DNA of 64,000 bases from an uncultured Enterobacteriaceae bacterium (lineage in GTDB: Bacteria; Pseudomonadota; Gammaproteobacteria; Burkholderiales; SG8-39), in assembly GCA_964400745.1 (NCBI GenBank), contig CAYNVY010000003.1:865-64864 (forward strand), written 5' to 3'. Below, piece by piece: positions 52,427 to 62,354 of this stretch (positions within the stretch are counted from its first letter, which is position 1; every line of letters begins with the position of its first letter). Made by a program: the position numbers and the translations under genes. Below the pieces are notes generated by a model that saw nothing but the letters and a program-made list of their open reading frames with translations, had not been told where the DNA came from and searched no databases.

Positions 52427-52857
52427 ACATCCAAGATATTCTTGACTACTTGCCGCACCGCTACCCGTTCCTCCTGATCGACCGCGTGGTCGAGTGCGAT
52501 CTGAACAAGCGCATACGCGCGCTGAAGAACGTCAGCGTCAACGAACCCTATTTCAACGGTCATTTTCCCTATTACAAGGTCATGCCGGGCGTGCTTATCG
52601 TCGAGGCGATGGCTCAGGCCGCGGCCATCCTGTCGTTTCGCAGCATGGGCATCAAGCCGGACGATAAATCCGTGTATTACTTTGCGGGTATCGACCGGGC
52701 GAGATTCAAGAAGCCGGTGATGCCCGGGGACCAATTGATACTCGAAGTCAGCATCGAGCGCACCGTGCGTTCCGTGGTCAAGTACGCCGGGAAGGCCTAC
52801 GTCGACGACGCGCTCGTCGCGGAGGCGGAACTGCTTTGCACCCTCCGACCGATCTGA
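52423..52857 (+). CDS. fabZ: 3-hydroxyacyl-ACP dehydratase
   Basis: [13 protein letters not shown] and [20 protein letters not shown]. Confidence 0.95.
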   Translation: MNIQDILDYLPHRYPFLLIDRVVECDLNKRIRALKNVSVNEPYFNGHFPYYKVMPGVLIVEAMAQAAAILSFRSMGIKPDDKSVYYFAGIDRARFKKPVMPGDQLILEVSIERTVRSVVKYAGKAYVDDALVAEAELLCTLRPI

Positions 52858-53627
52858 TGATCCATCCCAGCGCAATCGTTCACCCTCGCGCGCAGTTGGG
52901 AGCGAACGTCGCCGTCGGGGCCTACAGCGTGATCGGCGAGCATGTCGCGATCGGCGCCGATTCCTGGGTAGGTCCGCATGTGGTGATCGAAGGGCGCACG
53001 CGTATCGGGGCGCAGAACAGGATTTTTCAGTTCTGCTCGCTGGGAGCCGCGCCACAGGACAAGAAATACGCCGGCGAGCCGACCGAATTGAACATCGGCG
53101 AGCGCAACACCATACGCGAGTTTTGCAGCATCAACTGCGGCACGGCGCAGGACGCCGGGGTGACGCGCCTGGGCGACGACAACTGGATCATGGCGTCCGT
53201 GCACATCGCGCACGACTGCCAGGTGGGCAATTTCACGCAGTTCGCCAACAATGCGACGCTGGCCGGGCACGTGCACGTCGGCGACTACGCGATACTCGGC
53301 GGCTTCACCGGCGTGCACCAGTTCGTGCATATCGGTGCGCACAGCTTCACCGCGATAGCGACGGTGCTGGTACACGATCTGCCACCCTACGTCATGGCGG
53401 CGGGCGACACGGCGAAGGCCTACGGCATCAACGTCGAAGGGCTGCGCCGGCGCGGCTACTCCGCAGATTCGCTGGCAGCGATCAAGCGCGCGTACAAGAC
53501 GCTCTACAAGTCCGGCCTGACGCTGGATCAGGCGAAGGCACAACTCGCTGAGCAGGCCGGGAGTTGTCCCGAAATCGCGCTGCTCGCCGGGTTTCTGCAG
53601 AACTCCACCCGCGGGATCGTGCGCTGA
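52857..53627 (+). CDS. lpxA: Acyl-ACP--UDP-N-acetylglucosamine O-acyltransferase
   Basis: Trimmed to ATG 52857, which overlaps the fabZ stop. [15 protein letters not shown], hexapeptide repeats, and GLRRRG. Confidence 0.92.
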   Translation: MIHPSAIVHPRAQLGANVAVGAYSVIGEHVAIGADSWVGPHVVIEGRTRIGAQNRIFQFCSLGAAPQDKKYAGEPTELNIGERNTIREFCSINCGTAQDAGVTRLGDDNWIMASVHIAHDCQVGNFTQFANNATLAGHVHVGDYAILGGFTGVHQFVHIGAHSFTAIATVLVHDLPPYVMAAGDTAKAYGINVEGLRRRGYSADSLAAIKRAYKTLYKSGLTLDQAKAQLAEQAGSCPEIALLAGFLQNSTRGIVR

Positions 53628-53628
53628 C

Positions 53629-54789
53629 GTGACCGCGGGGCCGCTCACCATAGGCATCGTCGCCGGGGAGGCGTCGGGCGACATGTTAGGGGCGCATTTG
53701 ATGGCGGCGCTGCGCGCGCACCTGCCGCACGCGCGCTTCATCGGCATCGGCGGGCCCAAGATGCAATCCGAAGGCCTGGATTCCCTGTTTCCTATGGAAC
53801 GTCTGGCGGTGCGCGGCTATGCCGAAGTGCTGCGCCATTACCCCGGCCTCCTCTGGATGCGGCGCAGACTGCGCCGGCAGCTGATAGCCGCGCGCCTGCA
53901 GTTGTTCATCGGCGTGGATGCGCCGGATTTCAATCTGGGCCTGGAAGCGGGCCTCAAGCGCGCTGGCACGCCGGTCGTGCACTACGTCAGCCCCTCCATC
54001 TGGGCTTGGCGCGGCGGCCGCATAGGCACGATCGGGCGCTCGGTCGACCACGTGCTGACCCTGTTTCCGTTCGAACAGACGATTTACCGCAAGGCGGGGA
54101 TTCCCTCGACCTATGTCGGCCACCCGCTGGCAGATATTATTCCGGAGCAAGATCAGACCGCAAGCACGCGGGTCGCGCTCAGAATCGCCGCCGAGCGCAA
54201 GGTGATCGCGATGCTGCCGGGCAGTCGCCAATCGGAACTGCGCTACATGGCGGATACCTTCATTGCGACGGCAAAGCTGATGGCGCAAAAGATGGACAAG
54301 CCGCTGTTCCTGGTTCCGCTGGTGAGTCGCGAAACGCGCGAGATGTTCGAGGCTGCCCTGTACCGGGCCGATGCGGCGGAACTGCCGTTGACCATCCTTT
54401 TCGGCCACGCGCGCGACGCGCTAGCCGCCTGCGACGTCGCGCTGGTCGCCAGCGGTACGGCAACGCTGGAGGCCGCGCTGCTGAAGAAGCCCATGGTCAT
54501 TGCCTACAAAATGGCGGGGACCAGCTATCAATTGATGCGGCGCATGGGCTACCTGCCCTATGTGGGCCTGCCCAATATCCTGGCAGGAGAATTCGTGGTG
54601 CCCGAATTGATGCAGGACGACGCCACGCCGGAAAATCTGGCGCAGGCGCTGCTCAATGCGCTGAACGATACCGTGGTGCGCGAGCGTATCCCCGTGCGCT
54701 TTTCCGCCATCCATCGCGAACTCAGGCGCAATACCGCGGAGCAGGCCGCCAGGGCCTTGCTGCCCATCCTGGCGGGTGCAAGCCGATGA
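53629..54789 (+). CDS. lpxB: Lipid-A-disaccharide synthase
   Basis: GTG start. [18 protein letters not shown] and [12 protein letters not shown]. Confidence 0.9.
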   Translation: MTAGPLTIGIVAGEASGDMLGAHLMAALRAHLPHARFIGIGGPKMQSEGLDSLFPMERLAVRGYAEVLRHYPGLLWMRRRLRRQLIAARLQLFIGVDAPDFNLGLEAGLKRAGTPVVHYVSPSIWAWRGGRIGTIGRSVDHVLTLFPFEQTIYRKAGIPSTYVGHPLADIIPEQDQTASTRVALRIAAERKVIAMLPGSRQSELRYMADTFIATAKLMAQKMDKPLFLVPLVSRETREMFEAALYRADAAELPLTILFGHARDALAACDVALVASGTATLEAALLKKPMVIAYKMAGTSYQLMRRMGYLPYVGLPNILAGEFVVPELMQDDATPENLAQALLNALNDTVVRERIPVRFSAIHRELRRNTAEQAARALLPILAGASR

Positions 54790-55366
54790 GCGGCAGCGCG
54801 TGAACCTGGTATGCGGAGTAGACGAAGCGGGGCGGGGACCGCTGGCGGGTCCGGTCTACGCCGCCGCGGTGATCCTGGATCCGGCGCAAGCCATCGCGGG
54901 ATTGGCCGATTCGAAGGCGCTGTCGCCGTCCCGGCGGCTGGAGTTGGCGCAGCAGATACGGCGCTGCGCGTGCGCCTGGGCGGTCGCGTCGGCTTCGGTG
55001 GCGGAGATCGACGCGATGAACATTCTGCAGGCGAGCCTGCTCGCCATGCGGCGAGCGGTGGAACAACTGGGCGTCGCGCCGGATGAGGTTCTGGTCGACG
55101 GAAATCAGTGTCCGCGCATAGCTTATCCGGTAAGAGCCATCGTCAGGGGTGACAGCACCGTGCAGGCCATCTCGGCGGCCTCCATCCTGGCCAAGACGGA
55201 GCGCGACGCGGAAATGCTGCGCCTGCACCGTTTGTACCCGCTGTACGGCCTGGATAGGCACAAGGGTTATCCCACGCCAGCGCACCTCGCCGCGTTGAAG
55301 CAGCATGGCGTGCTCGAAATCCACCGCCGCAGCTACGCGCCGATTCGCAGGTTGCTGGACCTATGA
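54776..55366 (+). CDS. rnhB: Ribonuclease HII
   Basis: [21 protein letters not shown] and DSKALS. The start may be GTG 54800 rather than GTG 54776. Confidence 0.9.
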   Translation: MQADERQRVNLVCGVDEAGRGPLAGPVYAAAVILDPAQAIAGLADSKALSPSRRLELAQQIRRCACAWAVASASVAEIDAMNILQASLLAMRRAVEQLGVAPDEVLVDGNQCPRIAYPVRAIVRGDSTVQAISAASILAKTERDAEMLRLHRLYPLYGLDRHKGYPTPAHLAALKQHGVLEIHRRSYAPIRRLLDL

Positions 55367-56157
55367 ACGAAGCCGAACTCACCCTGATCCGATCGCGCGA
55401 CAATCCGCGCTACAAGCGGCTGCGCCTGCTCGCCGGTTCCACGCGCGAGCGGCGAAAAGCGGGCCTGGCGCTGCTGGACGGCGCCCACCTGATCGCCGCC
55501 TGCCGCGCCAGCGGCGGCGTGCCTGAGCAATTGATCATGAGCCAGAGCGGAACCTCCAACCCTGAAGTCGCCGCTCTTGCCGCGGGCGTCTCGGGGAAGG
55601 GCCGGCTGGTACTGGCGGACGCCCTGTTCAACGATATCGCGCAGGTGGCTACGCCGACCGGCATCATCGCGCTGATACAGACGCCCAGGCCAGGCCCGCT
55701 TCCTGCGGCGATAGACCGCTGCGTGATGCTGGACAATATCCAGGATGCGGGCAACCTCGGTTCCATCCTGCGCAGCGCGGCGGCGGCGGGCCTGCGCATG
55801 GTACTGCTTTCCCAAGGTTGTGCCTTTCCCTGGTCGCCCAAGGTGCTGCGCGCCGGCATGGGCGCCCATTTCAGTCTCGACATATTCGACAATGTCGATC
55901 TGACGGCCATCGCGCCGCGGCTTTCGGGTCAATTGATCTGCACCAGCGGCAATGCCGCCAAATCGATCTACCAGGCCGATTTGCGCGGCCCGCTCGCTTG
56001 GGTGTTCGGTAACGAAGGGGCAGGGGTGAAGGCAGAATTAATCGCTGCCGCGACGGAACAATTGCGCATTCCCATGCCCGGCAAGACCGAATCGCTCAAC
56101 GTGGCCGCCGCCGCGGCGATCTGCCTGTTCGAACAATTGCGCCAGAATTCCCTTTAG
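55363..56157 (+). CDS. TrmH/SpoU family RNA 2'-O-methyltransferase
   Basis: [29 protein letters not shown] and [15 protein letters not shown]. Confidence 0.8.
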   Translation: MNEAELTLIRSRDNPRYKRLRLLAGSTRERRKAGLALLDGAHLIAACRASGGVPEQLIMSQSGTSNPEVAALAAGVSGKGRLVLADALFNDIAQVATPTGIIALIQTPRPGPLPAAIDRCVMLDNIQDAGNLGSILRSAAAAGLRMVLLSQGCAFPWSPKVLRAGMGAHFSLDIFDNVDLTAIAPRLSGQLICTSGNAAKSIYQADLRGPLAWVFGNEGAGVKAELIAAATEQLRIPMPGKTESLNVAAAAAICLFEQLRQNSL

Positions 56158-56606
56158 TCCTTGCTCTTCGAGCGCATCAGGCGCTGCTTTTCCCGGTCCC
56201 AATCGCGCTTTTTCTCGGTCTCGCGCTTGTCGTGCTGCTTCTTGCCCCGGGCAAGGCCGATTTCGATTTTTATCCGGCCGTTCTTGTAGTGCATGTCCAG
56301 CGGCACCAGCGTGTAGCCGGCGCGCTCGACCTTGCCTATCAGGTGCTGGATCTCCTCCTGGTGCAGCAGCAGCTTGCGCGTGCGCACCGGGTCCGGGTTG
56401 ATGTGGGTGGAGGCGGTCGGCAGGGCGCTGATATGGCCGCCGACCATGTAGATCTCGGCTCCGCGGATGAGCACGTAGGCGTCTTTCAGCTGCACCCGGC
56501 CGGAGCGGATGGCCTTTGCCTCCCAACCTTCCAGCACCAGGCCGGCTTCATAGCGCTCCTCTATGAAATAGTCGTGGAAGGCTTTCTTGTTCTGTGCGAT
56601 CGTCAT
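56154..56606 (-). CDS. smpB: SsrA-binding protein
   Basis: Trimmed to ATG 56606. [32 protein letters not shown], and a basic C-terminal tail. Confidence 0.95.
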   Translation of the reverse strand: MTIAQNKKAFHDYFIEERYEAGLVLEGWEAKAIRSGRVQLKDAYVLIRGAEIYMVGGHISALPTASTHINPDPVRTRKLLLHQEEIQHLIGKVERAGYTLVPLDMHYKNGRIKIEIGLARGKKQHDKRETEKKRDWDREKQRLMRSKSKD

Positions 56607-56656
56607 GGGTGCAGTATTGGTACAATCAGGCAATTCTAACAGTGCGCTGCATATTC

Positions 56657-57091
56657 ATGGCTATAGTGGAAAAATCGGTTCTGATCGGGCACAGCGCGGC
56701 GAAGATGTACGCGCTGGTCGCAGACGTGGAGGCCTATCCGCAGTTTCTGCCCTGGTGCAGCGGAGCGGAACTCAAAGTGGTCGACCCGCACAGGGCGGTG
56801 GCGACCCTGCATATCAACTACCACGGACTGCGCCAGAATTTCACCACCGAAAATCACATGGATGAGGGGGCGCTCATCGAAATGAACCTGGTCAACGGAC
56901 CGTTCAAGCATCTGGACGGGTTCTGGCGCTTTGCACCGCTCGCGGAGCAGGCCTGCAAGATCGAATTCCGCCTGAGTTACGAGCTTTCCGGAAAACTGAT
57001 GGAGAAAATGGCCGGCCCGGTATTCAACCACATCGCGAATACGTTCGTGGAAGTGTTCGTCAAGCGCGCGGTGACCCTCTACGGGTCCTGA
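56657..57091 (+). CDS. ratA: SRPBCC-family protein RatA/YfjG (ribosome association toxin / CoQ-binding Coq10-like)
   Basis: Trimmed to ATG 56657. VADVEAYPQFLPWC. It sits divergent to smpB and is followed by rnfH, as in E. coli. Confidence 0.8.
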   Translation: MAIVEKSVLIGHSAAKMYALVADVEAYPQFLPWCSGAELKVVDPHRAVATLHINYHGLRQNFTTENHMDEGALIEMNLVNGPFKHLDGFWRFAPLAEQACKIEFRLSYELSGKLMEKMAGPVFNHIANTFVEVFVKRAVTLYGS

Positions 57092-57098
57092 TCCCGCG

Positions 57099-57374
57099 AT
57101 GAGCATTTGCGTCGAGGTGATTTTCGCGCTGCCGCAGCGGCAGGAGCGGGTGGCGCTGGATCTGCCGAACCAGAGCACGGCGCTGGATGCCGTCGCGGCG
57201 AGCGGTCTGTCGGAGCGGTTGCCGCAGGGCAACCTTGACCGGGTGGGGATCTGGGGCAAGCCCGTGCCGCCGGACACTCTCCTGCGCGACCGGGACCGGG
57301 TGGAGATTTACCGGCCTTTGCTTGCGGATCCGAAGGAAATTCGGCGCGATCGCGCCGCCAATAAGCGCAAGTAA
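57099..57374 (+). CDS. rnfH: RnfH/YfjF (RatB) family ubiquitin-fold protein
   Basis: 91 aa. GIWGKPVPPDTLLRDRDRVEIYRPLLADPKEIRR. Confidence 0.8.
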   Translation: MSICVEVIFALPQRQERVALDLPNQSTALDAVAASGLSERLPQGNLDRVGIWGKPVPPDTLLRDRDRVEIYRPLLADPKEIRRDRAANKRK

Positions 57375-57385
57375 GCCCTGGGGCA

Positions 57386-57425
57386 GGCGCAGCGGGCGAA
57401 GGCGAGCAATGCGCCCGCCTGCGCC
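57386..57425. terminator. GC-rich stem-loop between convergent rnfH and the DUF4124 gene (possible bidirectional terminator)
   Basis: GGCGCAGCGGGCG (57386-57398) pairs with CGCCCGCCTGCGCC (57412-57425). The stem is 13 bp with a single bulge. No U-tract. Confidence 0.4.
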
Positions 57426-57452
57426 CGGACTGCCTCGCTTGCCGGCTTGCGC

Positions 57453-57944
57453 CTAGTTGCAGACTGAGGCAGCGATCTTTCTCACCCTGGCGATTTCCTG
57501 GGCAATCTGCTGGTCGTCAAGAAACACCCGTTCGCCTCTTTCGTCCATGCGCATCTGGCGCCCGCCCAGTTCCAGATTGGCCAGGGAAGCCTTGGCACGC
57601 TTGCAGTTCTCTTCTCTTTCGCGTGCCTGGGCCTGCTTCTTCTCCTGTTCCTCCTGCGATTTGGCCGCATCCAACTGGCGCTTGCGGAAAGCCTGTTCCT
57701 GCTCGGCTGCCGTCTTGGGGCCGGCTTTGGCGGCATCCTTCTTCTCATCGCCCTTAGGCTCGATCAAGGCGGGCGGGCTGGGCGCGGGGGCGGCCTCGCG
57801 CAGCTTTTCGGTCTTGATGTTGCTCGGCGGAGGTTTGTCCGAGTATTGCACCTTGCCGTTCGAATCCACCCATTTGTACAGCTGTGCGGATGCGGGCATA
57901 GACAGGCACAGCATCATCCAGATCGCCACCGAAAATCGCTTCAT
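57453..57944 (-). CDS. DUF4124 domain-containing periplasmic protein
   Basis: Signal peptide, then LYKWVDSNGKVQYSDKPP (DUF4124 signature), then a charged low-complexity region. Confidence 0.7.
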   Translation of the reverse strand: MKRFSVAIWMMLCLSMPASAQLYKWVDSNGKVQYSDKPPPSNIKTEKLREAAPAPSPPALIEPKGDEKKDAAKAGPKTAAEQEQAFRKRQLDAAKSQEEQEKKQAQAREREENCKRAKASLANLELGGRQMRMDERGERVFLDDQQIAQEIARVRKIAASVCN

Positions 57945-58169
57945 GCGGATGCACCTTCCTAGTTACCCAGCCAGTCGAAAAAATAGCGGCTTTCCGTCTT
58001 CGCGTCAATTTACTTCGACGACACTGGGTTTGACGACATCGTGCTCGACGTACGTGGCTTAACGCGCGACCACAGGTTTCGGTTACAGAATCGTCTGCGG
58101 CGTGCTGCCAACCGGGCCCCGTTAGGCTACCATGCATTAAAGATGACAAACGAGCTGCGGAGCAAGATC

Positions 58170-59540
58170 ATGACGCAATACGATTACGACCTTTTCACCA
58201 TAGGCGCAGGCTCGGGCGGCGTGCGTGCGAGCCGCTATGCCGCCCGGCTCGGGGCGCGCGTTGCCGTTGCCGAGGAGCGTTACCTCGGAGGCACCTGCGT
58301 CAATGTCGGCTGCATCCCGAAGAAGCTCTTTTCCTATGCAGCCCACTACGGCGAGGACATCGGGCATGCCGAAGGCTATGGCTGGCGCGTTTCGCCGCCC
58401 GCGTTCGATTGGCCGACGCTGGTGGCGAACAAAGACCGTGAAATCGAACGCCTGAATGCGGTCTACGCAAGACTTCTCACCGCTGCCGGAGTCACGCTGA
58501 TCGAGGGGCGCGCTACGCTGCTCGACGAGCACACGGTGGAGATAGGCGGCAAGCGCATCAGCGCACGCTATATTCTGATCGCCACGGGTGGCTGGCCGGT
58601 GGTGCCGCCGGTGCCGGGCGCTGAGAATGCGATCAGTTCGAACGAAGCGTTTCATCTCGGCCGGCTGCCGCGCCGGGTGCTGGTGGTGGGCGGAGGCTAT
58701 ATCGCGGTGGAATTCGCCTCGATTTTTCATGGACTCGGCGTGGACACGACTCTGATCTACCGCGGTGAAAGACTGATAAGAGAATTCGATGCCGACCTCG
58801 GCGTTTTTCTCGCCGCGCAGATGGAGAACAAAGGCATACGCATCCGGTTTCGCAGCAACATCATGCGCATCGAGCGCGGCGCGCAAGCGGCGCAGGGCGG
58901 CGGCCAAGCGTTGCAGGCGACGCTGGACGATGGCGCTTTGCTCGACGCGGATTGCGTCATGTACGCCACGGGCCGCGCGCCGAACACCAGCAATCTGGGC
59001 CTGGAGAATGTCAAGCTGAAACTGGCGCAGAACGGCGCGGTCGTGGTCAACGCGGATTTTCAGTCCAGCGTGCCGTCGATTTACGCCGTCGGCGACGTGA
59101 TCGACCGTGTGCTGCTGACGCCGGTGGCGCTGGCCGAGGGCATGATCGTGGCCGAAAGCCTGTTCGGAAAGGGCGGCCGCAGTCTCGATTACGAGAATAT
59201 TCCGACCGCGATATTCAGCAATCCCAACGTAGGCACCGTCGGGTTGTCGGAGGCGCAGGCGCGCGAACGTCACGCCGATATCGACGTTTATCGAACCGCA
59301 TTCGGGTCGTTGCGCCACCAGTTGACGGGCAGCGGCGAAAAGGTGCTCATGAAATTGGTCGTCGACAGGAAGACCGATCGCGTACTGGGGGTGCACATGG
59401 TCGGCCCCGATGCCGGGGAAATCATGCAGGGTTTCGCGGTGGCGCTCAAATGCGGCGCCACCAAGAGCCAGTTCGACACCACCATCGGTATCCATCCGAC
59501 CATCGCGGAGGAATTCGTGACCCTGCGCGAGCCGGTTTGA
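58170..59540 (+). CDS. gor: Glutathione-disulfide reductase
   Basis: Trimmed to ATG 58170, with GGAG 8 nt upstream. [14 protein letters not shown], the redox-active [13 protein letters not shown], and the C-terminal [10 protein letters not shown]. Confidence 0.85.
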   Translation: MTQYDYDLFTIGAGSGGVRASRYAARLGARVAVAEERYLGGTCVNVGCIPKKLFSYAAHYGEDIGHAEGYGWRVSPPAFDWPTLVANKDREIERLNAVYARLLTAAGVTLIEGRATLLDEHTVEIGGKRISARYILIATGGWPVVPPVPGAENAISSNEAFHLGRLPRRVLVVGGGYIAVEFASIFHGLGVDTTLIYRGERLIREFDADLGVFLAAQMENKGIRIRFRSNIMRIERGAQAAQGGGQALQATLDDGALLDADCVMYATGRAPNTSNLGLENVKLKLAQNGAVVVNADFQSSVPSIYAVGDVIDRVLLTPVALAEGMIVAESLFGKGGRSLDYENIPTAIFSNPNVGTVGLSEAQARERHADIDVYRTAFGSLRHQLTGSGEKVLMKLVVDRKTDRVLGVHMVGPDAGEIMQGFAVALKCGATKSQFDTTIGIHPTIAEEFVTLREPV

Positions 59541-59626
59541 CGAAGAAAGCGCTGCTGCCGCTCTGATACCATATCGAATCTGCGATCAATGATTCAAGCC
59601 CGGCAAACAATAGAAAAGGACTGCGA

Positions 59627-60172
59627 TTGAACATGACCTCCGGTTTTCATGAGACACCTGCCGCTCGCGCCGGTCGCGCAAGCGCCGGCTGCAGCCGCGC
59701 GCTCATGGCGCTGTGCTGCAGCTTGTTTGCGGCTGCGGCGCAAGCGCAGGCAAAGGCCGAGGAAACTTTTCCCCAAGTCTGGCTCAACCCCGGAATCTAC
59801 TCATACCACTTCGATTCGAGCAAGGGGCTGCGCAACAACAATATCGGTCTAGGGGCGGAGGTAAGGCTGGCCAACGACCACGCACTGATGGCCGGAACGT
59901 TTATCAACAGCAATCGTCAACGGTCGCACTACGCAGCCTATCAGTGGCGCCCGCTGCACTGGAAATGGGCCGGGCTCGATATCGGAGCCGGAATCGCGGT
60001 GGGAGGTTTCGACGGCTACCCGAACTATCGCAACGGCGCCTGGTTCCTTGCGCCCTTGCCGATGCTGACGATAGATGGCAAGACCTTTGGCGCCAATCTC
60101 AGCGTCATCCCGACCGTGGCAAATCGCTTCGACGGTGCGCTGGCCATTCAGGTCAAGATGCGGGTCTGGTGA
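59627..60172 (+). CDS. Hypothetical small outer-membrane beta-barrel-like protein
   Basis: Signal-like segment ALMALCCSLFAAAAQAQA, alternating aromatic/Gly beta-strand pattern, and a C-terminal aromatic residue (RVW). The start may be ATG 59705. Family not recognised with certainty. Confidence 0.55.
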   Translation: MNMTSGFHETPAARAGRASAGCSRALMALCCSLFAAAAQAQAKAEETFPQVWLNPGIYSYHFDSSKGLRNNNIGLGAEVRLANDHALMAGTFINSNRQRSHYAAYQWRPLHWKWAGLDIGAGIAVGGFDGYPNYRNGAWFLAPLPMLTIDGKTFGANLSVIPTVANRFDGALAIQVKMRVW

Positions 60173-60253
60173 GACACGTCCCGTTTCCCTTCCGGCCGTC
60201 CGGTCCGGCGAGCGGCGCTTGAGCCTGCTCTGAAGTAGCTGCAAGACTCAGCG

Positions 60254-60279
60254 GCAGCCGCCCCGCGGCCGGCGGCTGC
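60254..60279 (+). other. Perfect 9-bp-stem hairpin GCAGCCGCC-N8-GGCGGCTGC flanked by direct GAGCCTGCT repeats
   Basis: Stem 60254-60262 pairs with 60271-60279. GAGCCTGCT occurs at 60221-60229 and 60282-60290. Confidence 0.6.
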
Positions 60280-60320
60280 GCGAGCCTGCTGCTCTATTCC
60301 CGCCGCGGAACCTGCGCAGA

Positions 60321-60358
60321 GCGCGCCGGCAAGGCGCTGGCGCGCCGCTTTGCTTCTC
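60321..60358 (+). terminator. Probable intrinsic terminator of the upstream barrel gene
   Basis: GCGCGCC (60321-60327) pairs with GGCGCGC (60339-60345) and is followed by the T-rich CGCTTTGCTTCTCTT. Confidence 0.5.
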
Positions 60359-60372
60359 TTGATCAATATCAA
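60359..60372. promoter_or_regulatory. Perfect FNR/CRP-family box TTGAT-CAAT-ATCAA upstream of hoxF
   Basis: Matches the FNR consensus TTGAT-N4-ATCAA exactly. The centre is about 41 nt upstream of a start point implied by a weak -10 TAGCTT (60394-60399). Confidence 0.6.
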
Positions 60373-60430
60373 ACGCCTCGGCCCTGTAGCGCGTAGCTTA
60401 GTTGCAGACAGGACAATCCCAGAGGCCCCC

Positions 60431-62242
60431 ATGACTGAAACACCGGACCCGGTTGCGCAGGTCGTTTCGGCAACCATCGCCCGCTATCGGGAAAATCCGC
60501 ACTATATCCTGCAGATGCTGCGCGAAATCCAGGAAGCATGCGACTGGATCTCTCCCGAGGCGATCGATCGCCTGCAGAGCGAACTGCGCCTGCCGCGGAC
60601 AAAGATCGAAGGCGTAGCCGGATTCTATGCGTTCCTGTACTCCCAGCCGCGCGGCCGCTACCGCGTCCTGTTCAGCGACAATATTACCGATCGCATGCTG
60701 GGTAATATGGAACTGCTCGACTACATGTGCGAACAGCTTTGGGTAGAGCGCGGCAAGACCTCGGAGGACGGCCTGGTGAGCATCGATACCGCCTCCTGCA
60801 CCGGCATGTGCGACCAGGGGCCTGCATTGCTGGTGAACAACTACGCCATCACCCGTATGACACGCAGCCGGGTGGATGAAATCTGCGAACTGATCCGCGG
60901 CAAAGTTCCGCTTGCCGCCTGGCCGGCCGACTATTTCCGTGTGGAAGACCAGGTGGTGCGCAAAGACATTCTGCTCGCCAGCGAGCTCGCGCCCGGAGTT
61001 GCGCTTGCCGCGGGGCTCGCCCGCGGGCCTGAGGCGCTGCTGGGCGAGGTCAAGGCGTCGAACCTGCGCGGCCGCGGCGGCGCGGGCTTTGGCACCGGGC
61101 TGAAATGGGAGGCCTGCCGCAACGCCCAGGGCAAGGTGCGCTACGTCGTCTGCAACGCCGACGAAGGCGAACCCGGCACGTTCAAGGACCGCGTGCTGCT
61201 TACGTCCCACGCGGACGCGGTGTTCGAGGGCATGACGCTGTGCGCGCTGGTTACCGGGGCGAAGCGGGGCATACTCTACCTGCGCGGTGAATATCGCTAC
61301 CTGCTCGACCGCCTCGCCGCCGTTCTGGCGCGCAGGCGGCAAGGCGGACTGCTGGGCGAATGCATACTGGGGCGGGCCGGCTTCGGCTTCGATATCGAAA
61401 TCCATCTGGGGGCCGGCGCCTACATCTGCGGCGAAGAGTCGGCACTGATCGAATCGCTGGAAGGCAAGCGCGGAACGCCGCGCAACCGCCCGCCGTTTCC
61501 CGTTACGCACGGATATCTGGGCCAGCCGACGGTGGTAAACAATGTCGAAACCTTCGCCGCGTCCTGTCTGATCGCCGAGCGCGGCGGCGCCTGGTACGCA
61601 GGCATCGGCACCGCTGCTTCGGCCGGCACCAAGATTCTAAGCGTCTCCGGCGACTGCGCCCGGCCGGGGCTGTACGAGTATCCGTTCGGGGTAAGCGTAA
61701 GCGAGGTACTCCAAGCCTGCGGCGCAGCCGATGCGCAGGCGGTACAGGTGAGCGGGCCGTCGGGCATCTGCGTTTGCGCGGCGGAGTTCGATCGGCGCAT
61801 CGCCTTCGAAGATCTGCCGACGGCCGGCGCGTTCATGGTATTCAACGGCAGCCGGGACATGTTCGAGGTCGCGCGGAATTTCGTTCATTTCTTCGCGCAC
61901 GAGAGCTGCGGTTTTTGCACTCCGTGCAGGGTGGGCACATCGCTGCTGAAGAAACTCATGGACAAGCTCAACAACGGCCACGGTTCGCCCTACGATCTGG
62001 CCGAGATCGAGAAGTTGAACCGTCTCCTGCAGTCCATGAGCCACTGCGGGCTGGGCCATTCGGCGTGCAATCCGGTGCTCGATACCATCGCCAAGTTCCG
62101 CCCTGCGTACGACAAGCGCCTGCAGCACAAGGAGTTTGAGCCTGCATTCGACCTGGACCGGGCCTTGCGAAAAGCGCGGCAGATGACCGGGCGCGACGAT
62201 GCCGGTGCGCACTTCGCCGCCGACTCGGGGAGGGCGACATGA
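60431..62242 (+). CDS. hoxF: NAD-reducing [NiFe] hydrogenase diaphorase subunit HoxF (NuoE-like plus NuoF-like fusion)
   Basis: Trimmed to ATG 60431. GRGGAGFGTGLKWE, VVCNADEGEPGTFKDRVLL and ESCGFCTPCRVG. Collinear with Ralstonia-type soluble hydrogenase HoxF. Confidence 0.9.
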   Translation: MTETPDPVAQVVSATIARYRENPHYILQMLREIQEACDWISPEAIDRLQSELRLPRTKIEGVAGFYAFLYSQPRGRYRVLFSDNITDRMLGNMELLDYMCEQLWVERGKTSEDGLVSIDTASCTGMCDQGPALLVNNYAITRMTRSRVDEICELIRGKVPLAAWPADYFRVEDQVVRKDILLASELAPGVALAAGLARGPEALLGEVKASNLRGRGGAGFGTGLKWEACRNAQGKVRYVVCNADEGEPGTFKDRVLLTSHADAVFEGMTLCALVTGAKRGILYLRGEYRYLLDRLAAVLARRRQGGLLGECILGRAGFGFDIEIHLGAGAYICGEESALIESLEGKRGTPRNRPPFPVTHGYLGQPTVVNNVETFAASCLIAERGGAWYAGIGTAASAGTKILSVSGDCARPGLYEYPFGVSVSEVLQACGAADAQAVQVSGPSGICVCAAEFDRRIAFEDLPTAGAFMVFNGSRDMFEVARNFVHFFAHESCGFCTPCRVGTSLLKKLMDKLNNGHGSPYDLAEIEKLNRLLQSMSHCGLGHSACNPVLDTIAKFRPAYDKRLQHKEFEPAFDLDRALRKARQMTGRDDAGAHFAADSGRAT

Positions 62243-62354
62243 GCAGGGAGCAGGGGCCCCATGTAATGGGGATGCGACCGACCGCGATTGGCGCCGACCG
62301 CCGACAGTGGCTGCGCTGGAGTTGTAACAAGGGAACGGAGGCGGCGAAATGAGC
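62237..62354 (+). repeat. Intergenic cassette copy B (hoxF/hoxU spacer), homologous to 31549-31695; hairpin CCCCAT-GTA-ATGGGG at 62257-62271
   Basis: Same ordered blocks as copy A. The whole spacer is one 37-codon ORF (62239-62352) joined to both neighbours by ATGA overlaps. Confidence 0.85.

Noticed and set aside
56100-56700. Looked for tmRNA (ssrA) next to smpB
   Set aside because: smpB is flanked directly by the TrmH-like gene (4-nt overlap) and by ratA (50-nt gap). There is no room for ssrA and no tRNA-like acceptor end.
57454-57464. 11-mer TAGTTGCAGAC shared with 60399-60409
   Set aside because: Exact 11-mer repeats are expected many times by chance in 64 kb on two strands, and there is no extended similarity around either copy.
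57858-57867. GTTCGAATCC T-loop-like decamer
   Set aside because: It lies inside the DUF4124 coding sequence, and the flanks (TGCCG / CACCC) are not complementary. It is not a tRNA.
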